Shown in pieces: positions 12,131 through 23,255 of a stretch of 64,000 nucleotides of DNA. The position numbers and the translations under genes are program-made. The notes beneath the pieces are model-generated. The model was not told the origin of the DNA. It saw only the letters and a program-made list of their open reading frames with translations, and did not search any database. Within the stretch, counting starts at the first letter, position 1. The number at the start of each line of letters is the position of its first letter. This DNA comes from Vicugna vicugna (taxonomy: Eukaryota), in assembly GCA_013265495.1 (NCBI GenBank), contig MU058213.1, positions 6,402,066-6,466,065 of the forward strand, in the 5' to 3' direction.

Positions 12131-12614
12131 TGTTGGGGAAAAATGTGTTACAGCTCAGTGTTATAGCTCGGTGTTACAGTTTGGTGTTTGGCTCAGTTGT
12201 GACAGCAACCTGGATCTAGACGAGAGACCAAGCAGCACTTGGACAGTTGGAGAACTCAGGTTTATTACGCCACCAGGCCCAGAAGAGTTAACACTCCAAG
12301 CTCTGGACCCCGGCTGTAGGTTTACACCGGCTTTTATAGGCTGCCAGTTTACACTTTGCAACATCATATGCAAATGAGGTATAACAGAAGTTGACTAATT
12401 AGGAACAAGCTTTGTAGAAATGGACCAATCAGGAGGGAGAGAAATAACCAATCAGGAGTGAGCTCGGGGAACCAATCGAATTTTAGGGGTAAGTAAACCA
12501 TTTCAGAGGCAAAAAGTGAGAGAGCCTCTGGCCAGGAAACCGGATGGTGCTGGCAGGAGAGCAGTGGCCCTGCCTGGGGGTCCTGCCTGTCTTTTTAAGG
12601 GGCTTCCCACCTCA
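12131..12614 (-). mobile_element. ERV1-like solo LTR, same family as 47781-48311
   Basis: TG...CA termini. Reverse complement aligns end to end with 47781-48311. Contains CCAAT repeats, an octamer, and TATA and poly(A) signals on the minus strand. Confidence 0.88.
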
Positions 12615-13974
12615 ATATGACTTGGTGTTGGGTCTAGAGTTATTTAAACTTGCATGCAATCCCTTCTGCTTGCTAGGGGATGACGTGGTGAAGGATGGTT
12701 GACATATATTAGCTAATATCTGGGTTATGTGGACATTTATCCTACAGCAGCTTAGGATATATTCTACGTCCTGGAAGGAATCAGGAGAGAGAATTAAACA
12801 GATGGAGTGAGATCCAGGGGCCCCTCACCTTCCAGGAAAGTGTCAGGGCTCTCTAGGGTCAAGTAGGTGACAGTGTATCAGGCTTTGGCCCCGAGGCTTC
12901 CACAGGCAAAAGCGAGGCAGCTGATACATGGGGGAAGGAATACAAGACAAGGAGATGAAAGTCTTGTGTTTGTGTCCTCACTACTGATGACAGGATGTGC
13001 GACCTTGGACCAAAATGTAAGTTTCTAAAGAGCCCTATGAATACACGTATGTTGATTAGCAATACATTCCTAATAATATCTCTAGGTGTCTGGTTTTCAC
13101 AATTTAGTGTAAATAAGAATCCTTGAGGAGCTTATTCTAAATGTGGGTTTTTCAGGATCCACCCCGTAGAGAATCTGCTTTAGTTATGTGGAGTTTTCAC
13201 CACCCCTCCCCGCCAGGTGCATGTGACGCAGGCAGTCCACAGACCACATTTTGAAAAAACCCTGCTCAGATGAAGGTACTAAAAACAGGAGACAAATCCA
13301 TCCCAGTCACTGAGCCTGCTTCTGGCTGCTCAGTCGGACCACGGCTGCACTGCCCGGTGCTGGAGAGTCTGTGTATTTAGGTGCCCCGTCACTTAAGCAG
13401 CAAAAACCAGAATGAGATCAGGAAGGGTCTTCCCACCTTCCTGAGCATCGCACCTGGGTTGGGGAGAATGAACCTAGGAAGGAATAAGCCAACCAAACAG
13501 GAGGAGAGGTGTATTTCTCCAGAAGCCAGACACGGTTTTCTCTCCATGGATGTGGTCTGGAGGCTTTATAGTTTGGGAGCTTAGCTGGCAAGTGTGGTGA
13601 AGAAGGGGCCCAGGCAGCTGAAGGAGCACCTCCTGAAAGTGCAGAGGGGCAGAGAAGCAGCCCCAGGGCAGAGGGCGATGACAGAGTCCTACACCCTGAG
13701 CAGGGAGCTGGTTAGGGTTCAAGCTAGGGAGAGAAGAATTCATTCTCGCTCAGAGATGACTAAATGAGGTTCATGGCCAACCTAAAAGATTCCTTGTGGC
13801 ATTCTGCAGGGTCCTGCCACCTGTCCCAAGACGATCAATAATTTTTTTTTTTTTGAGAATAGGCTATAGAGGGCATGCCCATGATATTTACAACTGACCA
13901 GGAACTGAAAGAATTGCAATATAGGAGCAGGGTGTGATCAGTTGAGATCATGAGCTGAATTGACCATGCAACAG

Positions 13975-14705
13975 GAAAGAGGCACCTGAAAAGATGCTTA
14001 ACATCATTAGTCATCAGGGAAACACGAATCATGAAACCACAATGAAATACTTCAACCCTACTTATGTGGCTAAAATAAAAATGACAGGCAATAACAAGTG
14101 TTGGTGAGGATGGGAAGAAATCTGAAACTCTTTTATATTGCTGATAGGAATGTAAGGTGGTGCAGTTGGCATGGAAAACAGCCTGGCTGCTCCTCAAAAG
14201 GTTAAACATACAGTTACCTTGTCACTCACCAGTTCTACCTCTAAGTGTAGATCCAAAAGTACTGAAAACAGATGTTCACACAAAAATCTGTACAAGAATA
14301 TTCATGGCAGCATTACTCACAATAGCTGAAAGGTGGAAACTACCCAAATGTCCATCCACTGCTGAATGGAGACACAAAATATGGTCTCCACACACAGTGG
14401 AATATTATTTGGCCATAAAAAGGAATGAAATGTTGATACACAAAAGGGCAAATATTATGATTCCACTTCTAGGAAATGTTCAGAGTAGGCAAATCCATAG
14501 AGATAGAAAGTAGATTGGTGGTTGTCAGGGACTTTGGGGGAAGGAGAAAGAGCAGTGATGGCTAATGGGAATGACGTTTCTTCTGGGGGTGATGAAATGT
14601 TTTGGAATTAGATGGTGGTGATACTCTGTGAATGTATTAAAACTTACTGAATTGTACCCTTTAAAAGAGTGAATTAGATCTCAATAAGGCTATCATTAAA
14701 AAATA
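13975..14705 (+). mobile_element. Old L1 (L1M-type) 3' region
   Basis: Degenerate ORF2 C-terminus (...IFMAALLTIAERWKLPKCPS...EYYLAIKRNE) followed by an L1MB-like 3'UTR. Confidence 0.85.
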
Positions 14706-15299
14706 CTCACAGAGGAAATGAAAAGAACTTCAATTTAAAAATGTAATAAGAATAAATGTGTGGTCCCATCTTTGGGTTCAAGAATTAATGGGCTCAGGAG
14801 GACATCTCCCTTTGCCTGGCCAGTTTCCACCTTCTTTTAGGTAACAGTCTCTGGTTTCTCTGGAGAACTAGTTTCCTTCTAGTCCTGCTGGAAGTGTTAG
14901 TCACAGGCCCCTTACCTCCCACACAGGGGGCAAGTGGCCCCAGCTGAGCTGGATCAGACTCTGGCTTGGAAACCTGAACCCCGAGTCAAGTGGCTCATGG
15001 AGGCTATCAGGACTGAATCCTTCCCCGGACACCACACGAACGTTTCCCACTGAGATCCCTGCAGCGGGCTCCATTCTTGTGCTTAGTTTGGGGCACGTCT
15101 TCTAATATACTTCTGCTCTGCCTAGGTTAGCCAAAACCGGTTAAACTGGAGTTGCTTGTGAAGGGGAACCTCAGTGGAGTCAATGCGGTTTAGCAGCAAG
15201 CAGTACGTGCAAAACATCAGGAGTTTTAGCATCAGTGCTAAGAAGAGCAGCTAACAGTTACTGAGCATTTTCATGGGGGCTGGTGCCGTGCTAAGAACT

Positions 15300-15311
15300 G
15301 TATATATATAT

Positions 15312-15344
<33 letters not shown>
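15300..15344. repeat. (TA)n(CA)n compound microsatellite inside a MIR
   Basis: Seen directly. Confidence 0.9.
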
Positions 15345-15687
15345 TGCCTTTTCTCACTTAAGTCAACACTGACAGTGACTTTAGTTGGTAGGTACTATCT
15401 CGGCTCCACTTTGCCCACAAGGGCACAGAGACATTAGGTACGTTTTCTGAGGTCACGCAGCTAATAAATGTTGAACTCTGGATTCGAATCCACGTCTACC
15501 TGACTCCAGAGTAGCGCTCCTAACCACGGCTCTGTACTGCCTCAAAGGGAGTCAGCATGGTGGAGGGCTGCCCAGAGCCCAAGGGATCTCCGGACACGAC
15601 CTGATAAGTTCAAGGTGACAGAGCACATCCCGCCTTTCCCTGGCACTGGTCTCAAAAGTAGGGCCTGCCCTTCTTTAAGACTCTTGA

Positions 15688-16335
15688 CAGCAGAGTTTTC
15701 AACCCTAGCTGCACAGTCCAATCCCCTGGGGAGGTTTAAAATCACTGCTGCCTGGATCCCACCCTCTGATGGAACTGGTCTGCAGTGCTGCTGGGCCACG
15801 GGATTATTTTCCCATTTCTCAGGTGGTTCTCATACACAGCCCTGGTTGCCAGCTTCTACTTTTTCAAACTTCAAAGGGCATGCTAGGGGAAAGTTACAGC
15901 TCAGTGGTAGAGTGCCTACCCACATGCACAAGGTCCTGGGTTCAACTCCCAGTACCTCCATTAAAAATAAATAAATAAACCTAATTACCCCCTCCCCCAC
16001 CAAAAACCACAAAAACCAAAACAAAAAAAAACAACCCAAGAAACAAAAAAGGAAAGGAAAAAATACATTAAAAAAATGAAGGCATGCTATGCACCTATGG
16101 ATCTTGTTAAACCCCAGATCCTGACTCAGGAGACCTGAATCGGGCCCAAGAGTCACGCTTCTCAGGAGCCCCAGGTGATCCTGGGTAGAAAGGCCGGCCC
16201 CCGGTGTTAGTCTTCAGCCAGCAGCATCAGCACCACCTGGAGCTCGTTGGAAATTCACACCCAGACCTGCGGGGCCCAGAAGGGATGCTAATGGGAGCCC
16301 ACGTGATTCTCGTGCACGTTCCGGCGTGAGAAGCG
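15688..16335. mobile_element. Cluster of MER5-family relics interrupted by a SINE
   Basis: cagagttttcaaccctagctgcac...ctcaggtggttctcatacacagcc and cagcagcatcagcaccacctggagctcgttggaaat are MER5A-like. Confidence 0.6.
15886..16078 (+). mobile_element. vic-1-type SINE
   Basis: ggggaaagttacagctcagtggtagag...gggttcaactcccagtacc with a cctaattacccc tail. Flanking ggcatgcta repeat. Confidence 0.88.
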
Positions 16336-16884
16336 CGCAGAACCGGCGGCGTGTATTTAAAGAAGAGCCCCTGGGCTGGTGGGGAGGATTCAAAACTGGA
16401 GCTTCTGAGCAGGCGAGGACGGAGTTAGGATGTTTCCTTGGGAGAAGGGAAGAAAGAACAAAAGGGGGCAGGTAAGTGCTCCGACCCTGGAAGGGCTGCC
16501 CCGGGAGGAGGAAGCTGAGGGGTGTGGGGTCCAGAGGAAGACCCCGGGGGTCCGGGGGCTCTTTTCTGTCCAGCGGGGCGTGGTGGTTTGTCCTGGGCTC
16601 CGCGGCTGCCGCTTCTTAGGAACGGCAGGAGGAATTCAAGCGCTGTAAGAAGCGGACGCTTGTAAGCGTTCTTGCTGCTCTGAAATTGTGGGTCTCTGGA
16701 GTTGAAGTGTTGGGACTGTCAGGCACCTGGGGACATAGTGTCTGTGGAGCTGACGTGAGACATACCAGAACTTGGGTTTGGGGTCAGGACGAGTGCAGTG
16801 GCGTGGACTGAGATGGATTTAAAAAAAAAAGCAAAAAAACAAACAAAAAAAACACATCCTATGAGGAGATGCCCACAGAGGGGT

Positions 16885-17405
16885 GTTGGGGAGGAAGAAC
16901 ATTTCCTCTACCCTTGGAGGTTCTTCGGGCTGGGCTAACAATTAAATTGACATAAGACAGATTAACAGGAGAAAATCAAACAATTTTAATGACCTGTATA
17001 CACGGAAAAGGCCCAGGAAGATTGAGTAACGCACCAAAATGGCTGACGCCCTCACCTTAAATGCCACCCCCAGCCCAAGGTGAAAGAAGATGTGGAGGGT
17101 GGAGATGGCTCCGGGCGGGGACCAGGAAAAGCACGGTAAACAAGGGTAAGGTTATTGCGTGGATTCAAGTCATTGCTGTCTCCATTGATAAGTCTAGAGA
17201 TTTGGTCGTCTTCCTCTTCCAGGTACAGACAGGGAGTCACCCTTAGAACCAGGGATTTCCCTTACACGTGTAAATGTTCCTCAAAAGGGCACCTCCTGTT
17301 TGGTTTTCAGAGCCCTTCCTTTGTCTGCTGCTTCTCAGTAACCAGCGTCAAACAATTATTATGCCAAAAAGACACGTTATGAGGTGGCAGATTCTGTGAC
17401 CCCGA
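16885..17405 (-). mobile_element. ERV1-class (MER34/MER41-like) LTR
   Basis: tgttggggaggaagaac...aattgacataagacagattaacaggagaaaa...atgccaaaaagacacgttatgaggtggc is typical of this LTR group. Exact family uncertain. Confidence 0.6.
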
Positions 17406-19374
17406 AGTTCTGAGACCCTGGCCTGCTGTGATATGGTATCTGAGAGGGTGATGTGTGACCTGTGAGGCGCAAGGAAACAGGAGGCAGGGCCAAAAATTGG
17501 GGTGAAGTTGGGGGGTGTGTATCTCGCACCAGCCAGTGAAAGGGGCTTGGGTTGGGGTGGCCTGGTGCTTCAATAGAAACGGTTCTAGGAAGGGGAGGGG
17601 GATGGTGGCACCATGGCTTCCGTGGGCGGAAGGATGAGAGTCCCGTCATGTCAAGCCAGGTAGCCTCGTGGTGCTGTGACCTGAGGAGCAGAGGCTGAGG
17701 GAACCCGCCCAGGGAGGCCGGGATGGAGGCGTCTGGGCCCTGGGCGGCCTCACAGATATTGGCAGCTTGACTTTCTGGCTCTTGCTCTTCCTTCTCAGGC
17801 TCCATCTTTCCAACAGGTCAGTTCCCCTCTTGGCTTCAGCGTGTAGCCTGCGTCTGCCAGTTGGATCCCCTGCCTCCCTGTGGTTTCCAAGACCTTGAGA
17901 GGTGGCTGGGAGGGAGGCCGAGAGCCACAAAGAACAGTGGCTGCCGAGTGCTGGGACTCTGTGTCCAGGAGCTTGTGGCCTGACCCCTGACCTTTGGGCA
18001 GGTCGCACCCCTTCAGCCCGAACAGACGAGGCTTACGAAACACCCAGGAAAATGCTCTTCCACCAAGGAACTTCCTCTTTTTCTTTCTTGAAACCTGGGG
18101 CCCTTGTAGGCAACCTTGCATTTTCTTTACTTGGTAGAGAGATTGAGAGAAAAGACGCTCTGTGCTGAGCGTCCAGACCCTGGGGCTCTGATGAGGGCTC
18201 AGTGGAGCCAGGCCTGTGTGTGGAGCTCTCCTGCTCTGACTCCTTGGTTTCGGTTGTGTTTGGCAAGGGCAGTGCTTGGAGGGGTGTGAGGGCCGGCTGG
18301 CAGCAGGAATGTGCCAAGGCCCTGCATGGGGACCCGCTCAGCCTTCCCTAGGGACAAACCCATCATGTCTCTGGCAGGTTTCTCGGGCCTTACTGGCGGA
18401 CAGGGGAACATCAGACTCCCTGAGCCAGCACCTGGGAAAGGCAAGTCTGAGGGAAAAGCAGTCAGATGGCCTGGGGCCCCTGCTTGGGACCCTGCCTTAG
18501 TCAGCCTCCAAGGGAAGGCACAGGGACCAACATGAATTGAGGGAATCCCTATTACGAACTGTGCTCTGTTTGTCACATTTATAATCTCACTGAAACCTCG
18601 TGAAAAAAATCCACCTAGAGATGAGAAGCTGTATCTCGCAAAGAGGTGACTGGCCCTTGGGGCCCAAGCCCTCCCCCTCCCCCGCAGCTCCCCCCTCCCC
18701 CGCAGCTCCCTTCCAGTGCCCGCAGGTGCTCCGGGGGGGGGGGCTTGGGCCACCTGTGGGGGGAGGGGCTCTTCCTGCTCAGCTACTTTAAGTGCTAGGA
18801 CATATGGAAACACATTCAGACCAGAAGAAGGGGCTATTGTTCTCCAGGCCCATAAACCATGTTCAGGGGCCCTGGCTTCTATCTAATCACTTTCTAGCTG
18901 ATTATCATGGTCCCAGGAAGTCAGAGTTGGACTAAGTTCACCGGGAGTTACTTTGCTCAGAGCAAAGTGTTCCATGGGCACCTTGTCTTACGACTAAGAT
19001 GATGAAAGTTCTGTTGTACCTGCTGCTTGAGTAGTTGGCAGCAATGCTGGGAGCCCGGCTCCAAGGGCTACTAGTCACCCCTCTGTCTTGAGCTGAATTG
19101 GATGGACTTGCGAGGGCTTTGTCAGCTCACCTCTTGGTCAGGCTCTTAAATTTATACTGTCAGCCTGGCTGACAATTCAGTCCCGAGGCCTGTCCCGAGC
19201 TAGCGATATACCTGCTCTTTGCCAGGGATATGACCATGAAGGCTGCAAGGAACCATACGTAGGGTAACTTCTTGAAGAATATACACAGTTTCTCCATTGT
19301 TCCAAGTCAGGGGATGATTGCAGGGGTCTGCTAGATGATCCTCTACTGTATGCAGTAGATGGAGCAGTCCTTTT

Positions 19375-19910
19375 TGAGTCAGGTGATGTCATTTCTCCAC
19401 TCAAAACCCTTCAGCGGCTTTTTCTGAAGTGCCTACAGTGACTTACCAGGCTCCTAGTTATAAGCCCTGCCTTCCCATCATTTCTTCTCTCCCTCTAGGG
19501 CTTCTTGGCTCACCCTGGCCTTATGGTCTGGTTAAATTAGCTTGGATGCTGCTCCTCCATCTAGGCAAGCCCCTCCCTACCTAGGGCCTTTGCACTTGTT
19601 ATTCACCAAGATACCCACAAAGCTTCTTCGTTTCTTTCAGGTCATGACTCACATGTGACCTTCTCAGTGAGGCCATCCCTGGCTACTACGTAAAATCTTC
19701 CTCCCTCCAGCACTCGCTCGCCCTTTCTTGCTTTGTTATTTTCCGTGACAGTTACCCATCTGGTATACCACATATTTTTACTTGTTGATTATCCGTTCCT
19801 TTCTACTAGAATTTTAGCTTCCTGAGGCAGGATGTCTTTTGTTTGCTTACTTGCAGAGAACAGTAACAGATAATAAGAGGGGCTCAAAAATATGTAAATA
19901 GATGAATAAG
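19375..19910 (+). mobile_element. L2 3' region
   Basis: cctagggcctttgcacttg...catgtgaccttctcagtgaggcc...ctagaattttagcttcctgaggcagg are L2 motifs. Confidence 0.7.
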
Positions 19911-20030
19911 TGGTGTTTCCCATGAAATGACTTTAGAGACCAATTACATAACATAAATGTATGGAAATGACTGGAGTGAAAACAGAGGGTGGAAAGTTGA
20001 AGCATGCATGTCCTTGCTAAGGGCATTAAC

Positions 20031-21174
20031 TTTATTTATTGCAGTACAGTCAATTACAATGTGTCAGTTTCTGGTGCACAGCACAATGTCTCAGTCATGC
20101 ATATGCATACATATATTTGTTTCCATATTCTTTTCATTAAAGGTTATTATAAGATATTGAACATAATTCCCTGTGCTATACAGAAGAAACTTTCTTAAAA
20201 TATTTTTATATATAGTAGCTAACATTTGTAAATCTCAAACTCCCAAATTTATCTCTTCCCACCCCTTTCCCCAGTAACCATAAGATTGTTTACTATGTCT
20301 GTGAGTCTGTTCCTGTTTTGTAGATGAGTTCATAGTCTTTTTTTTTTTAAGATCCCATGTATGAGTGATATATGATATTTTTCTTTCTCTTTCTGGCTTA
20401 CTTCACTTAGAATGACGATCTTTAGGTCCATCCATGTTTCTGCAAATGGCATAATTTTATTCTTTTTTATGGCTGAGTAGTATTCCATTATATAAATATA
20501 CCACAGATTCTTTATCCAGTCATCTGTTGATGGACATTTAGGTTGCTTCTATGTCTTGGCTATTGTACATAGTGCTGCTATGAACATTGGGGTGTATGTA
20601 TCTTTTTGAATTAGTTCTCTCCAGATACATACCCAGAAGTGGGATTGCTGGATTATTTGGTAAGTCTACTTTTAGTTTTTTGAGGAATCTCTATACTGTT
20701 TTCCATAACAGCTGCACCAAACTACATTCCTACCAGCAATGTAGGAGGGTTCCCTTTTCTCCACAGCCTCTCCAGCATTCAATGTTTGTGGACTTTTGAA
20801 TGATGGCCATTCTGACTGCTGTGAAGTGATACCTCATTGTAGTTTTGATTTGCATTTCTCTGATAATTAGTGATAGTGAGCATTTTTTCATGTGGCTATT
20901 GGCCATTTGTATGTCTTCATTGGAAAATTGCTTATTTAGGTCTTCTGCCCATTTTTGGATTGCGTTGTTTGTTTTTTTTATTAAACTGTATGAGCTGTTC
21001 ATATGTTCTGGAAATTAAGCCTTTGTCAGTTGCATCACTTGGAAATATTTTCTCCCATTCTGTATGTTGTTGTTTTGTTTTACTTATGGTTTCCTTTGCT
21101 GTGCAAAAGCTTATAAGTTTAATTAGGTCCCATTTGTTTATTTTTGCTCTTATTTCCATTGCCTGGGTAGACTG
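20031..21174 (-). mobile_element. L1 3' fragment A of a tandem pair
   Basis: Antisense ORF2 end (AKINKWDLIKLISFCTAKET) and 3'UTR. Flanked by tgctaagggcattaac at 20015-20030 and 21173-21188. Confidence 0.92.
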
Positions 21175-21188
21175 CTAAGGGCATTAAC

Positions 21189-22354
21189 CTTATTTATTTT
21201 TTCAGTTTTAATCTATTTTTATTGAAGTACAGTCAGTTTACAATGTGTCAATTTCTGTTGTACAGCACAATGCTTCAGTCACATAGGAATGTACATGTAT
21301 TAGTTTTCATATTCTTTTTCATCATAGGTTACTACAACATATTGAATATAGTTCCATGTGCTATACAGTATAAACTTGCTATTTATTTATTTTATATATA
21401 TTAGTTAGTATATGCAAATCTCAAACTCTCAATTTATCCTTTCCCACCCTCTTCTGCCCCTGGTAACCATAAGTTTGTTTTCTAGGTCTGAGCCTGTGTT
21501 TTGTAAATAAGTTCATTTGTCTTTTTTTTTAGATTCTGCATATAAGTGACACCATGTGGTATTTGTCTTTCTCAATCTGCTTCATTTAGAATGACAATCT
21601 CCAGGTCCATCCATGTTGCTGCAAATGGCATTATTTTATTCTTTTTTATGGCTGAGTAGTATTCCATTGTATAAATATACCACAGATTCTTTATCCAGTC
21701 ATGTGTTGATGGATATTTAGGTTGTTTCCATGTCTTGGCTACTGCAAATAGTGCTGCTATGAACATTGGGGTGCCTATGTCGTTTTGAATTAAGGTTCCC
21801 ACTGGATATATGCTCAAGAGTGGGATTGCTGGATCATTTGGTAAGTTTACTTTTAGTTTTTTGATGAATCTCCATACTGTTTTCCACAGTGGCTGCACCA
21901 AACTACATTCCCACCAGCAGTGTAGGAGGGTTCCCTTTCGCCCCAGCCTCTCCAGCATTTACTGTTTGTGGACTTTTGAATGATGGCCATTTTAACTGGT
22001 GTGAAGTGATACCTCATTGTAGTTTTGATTTGCATTTCTCTGATAGTTAGCAATATTGAGCATTTTTTCATATACCTATCGGCCATTTATATGTCTGCAT
22101 TGGAGATTTGCTTAAGTTTTCTGCCCATGTTTGGATTGGGTTGTTTGTTTTTTTCTTATTAAGTTGTTTGAGCTGTTAATATATTCTGGAAGTTAAGCCC
22201 TCGTCAGTCTCATCTTTTGCAAATATTCTTTTCCCATTCTGTAGGTGTTCTTTTTTGTTTTGCTTATGGTTTTCTTTGCTGTGCAAAAGCTTATAAGTTT
22301 AATTAGGTCCCATTTGTCTATTTTTGCTTTTATTTTCATTGCTTGGGTAGATTG
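21189..22354 (-). mobile_element. L1 3' fragment B of a tandem pair
   Basis: Antisense ORF2 end (HCWWEC...PMFIAALF...EYYSAIKK). Followed by aagggcattaacttt at 22355-22369. Confidence 0.92.
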
Positions 22355-22555
22355 AAGGGCATTAACTTTAAAACAGTAACAATAATGATCACAAACCAGT
22401 CCCAGCTAAACCAAGCCCGTGTGTGGGCTGCTCATTTGTGACCCAGTTATGCCAGAGAAGTCGTTGCCCCAGGTCTGGACTTCTCTAGAATTGCTGTCAG
22501 TAAATGGCTCTGTGGAGAGATGCCCATGGTTTCCTTGAGGGGTCTTTAAAAAAAA

Positions 22556-23255
22556 AAATTTCTTTTTTTTTTAATTGAAATAAAATGTTTCAGTTTACAA
22601 TGTTAATTCTGGTGTACAGTGTAGTGATTCAGTTATACATATATATATTCCTTTTCATATTCTTTTCCATTATAGGCCATTACAAGGAACGTAACAGAGT
22701 TCCCTGTGCTATACAGTAGGGCCTTGTTGTTTATCTATATTATATGCAGTGGCTAGTATCTGCAAATCGTGAACTCCCAGTTTATCTCTCCCCTCCCCTC
22801 TTATCCCTGAGGTAACCACAAGTTTGTTTTCTGTGTCTGTGAGTCTCTTTCTGTTTTGTAAAAAAGTTCATTTGTCTCTTTTTAAAAAAAAATCCACATA
22901 TAAATGATATCATATAGTATTTTTCTTTCTCTTTCTGGCTTACTTCACTTAGAATGACAATCTCTAAGCACATCCATGTTGCTGCAAATGGCATTACTTT
23001 ATTCTTTTTTATGGCTAAGTAGTAGTCCATTGTATAAATATACTACAACTTCTTTATCCAGTCATCTGTTGATGGACATTTAGGTTGCTTCTATGTCTTG
23101 TAAATAGTGTTGCTGTGAACATTGGGGTGCATGTGTCTTTTCAAATTAGAGTTTTCTCCAAGTATATGCCCACAGTGGGATTGCTGGATCATATGGTAAG
23201 TCTATTTTTAGTTTTTAAAGGAATTTCCATACTGTTTTCCATAATGGCTGCACTA
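22556..23255 (-). mobile_element. L1 3' fragment
   Basis: Poly(T), antisense 3'UTR and ORF2 end ([18 protein letters not shown]). Confidence 0.88.

Noticed and set aside
12145..12200. CRISPR-like or novel repeat array (also 47915-48070)
   Set aside because: Short degenerate tandem units without unique spacers, inside LTR U5/U3; eukaryotic context with no cas genes.
13835..13975. Poly(T) run suggesting another minus-strand retrocopy
   Set aside because: No convincing TSD or poly(A) signal found.
18199..18813. 204-aa minus-strand ORF with GRGELR repeat
   Set aside because: The repeat comes from the C-rich tandem unit. Several overlapping ORFs on both strands indicate stop-codon scarcity, not coding.
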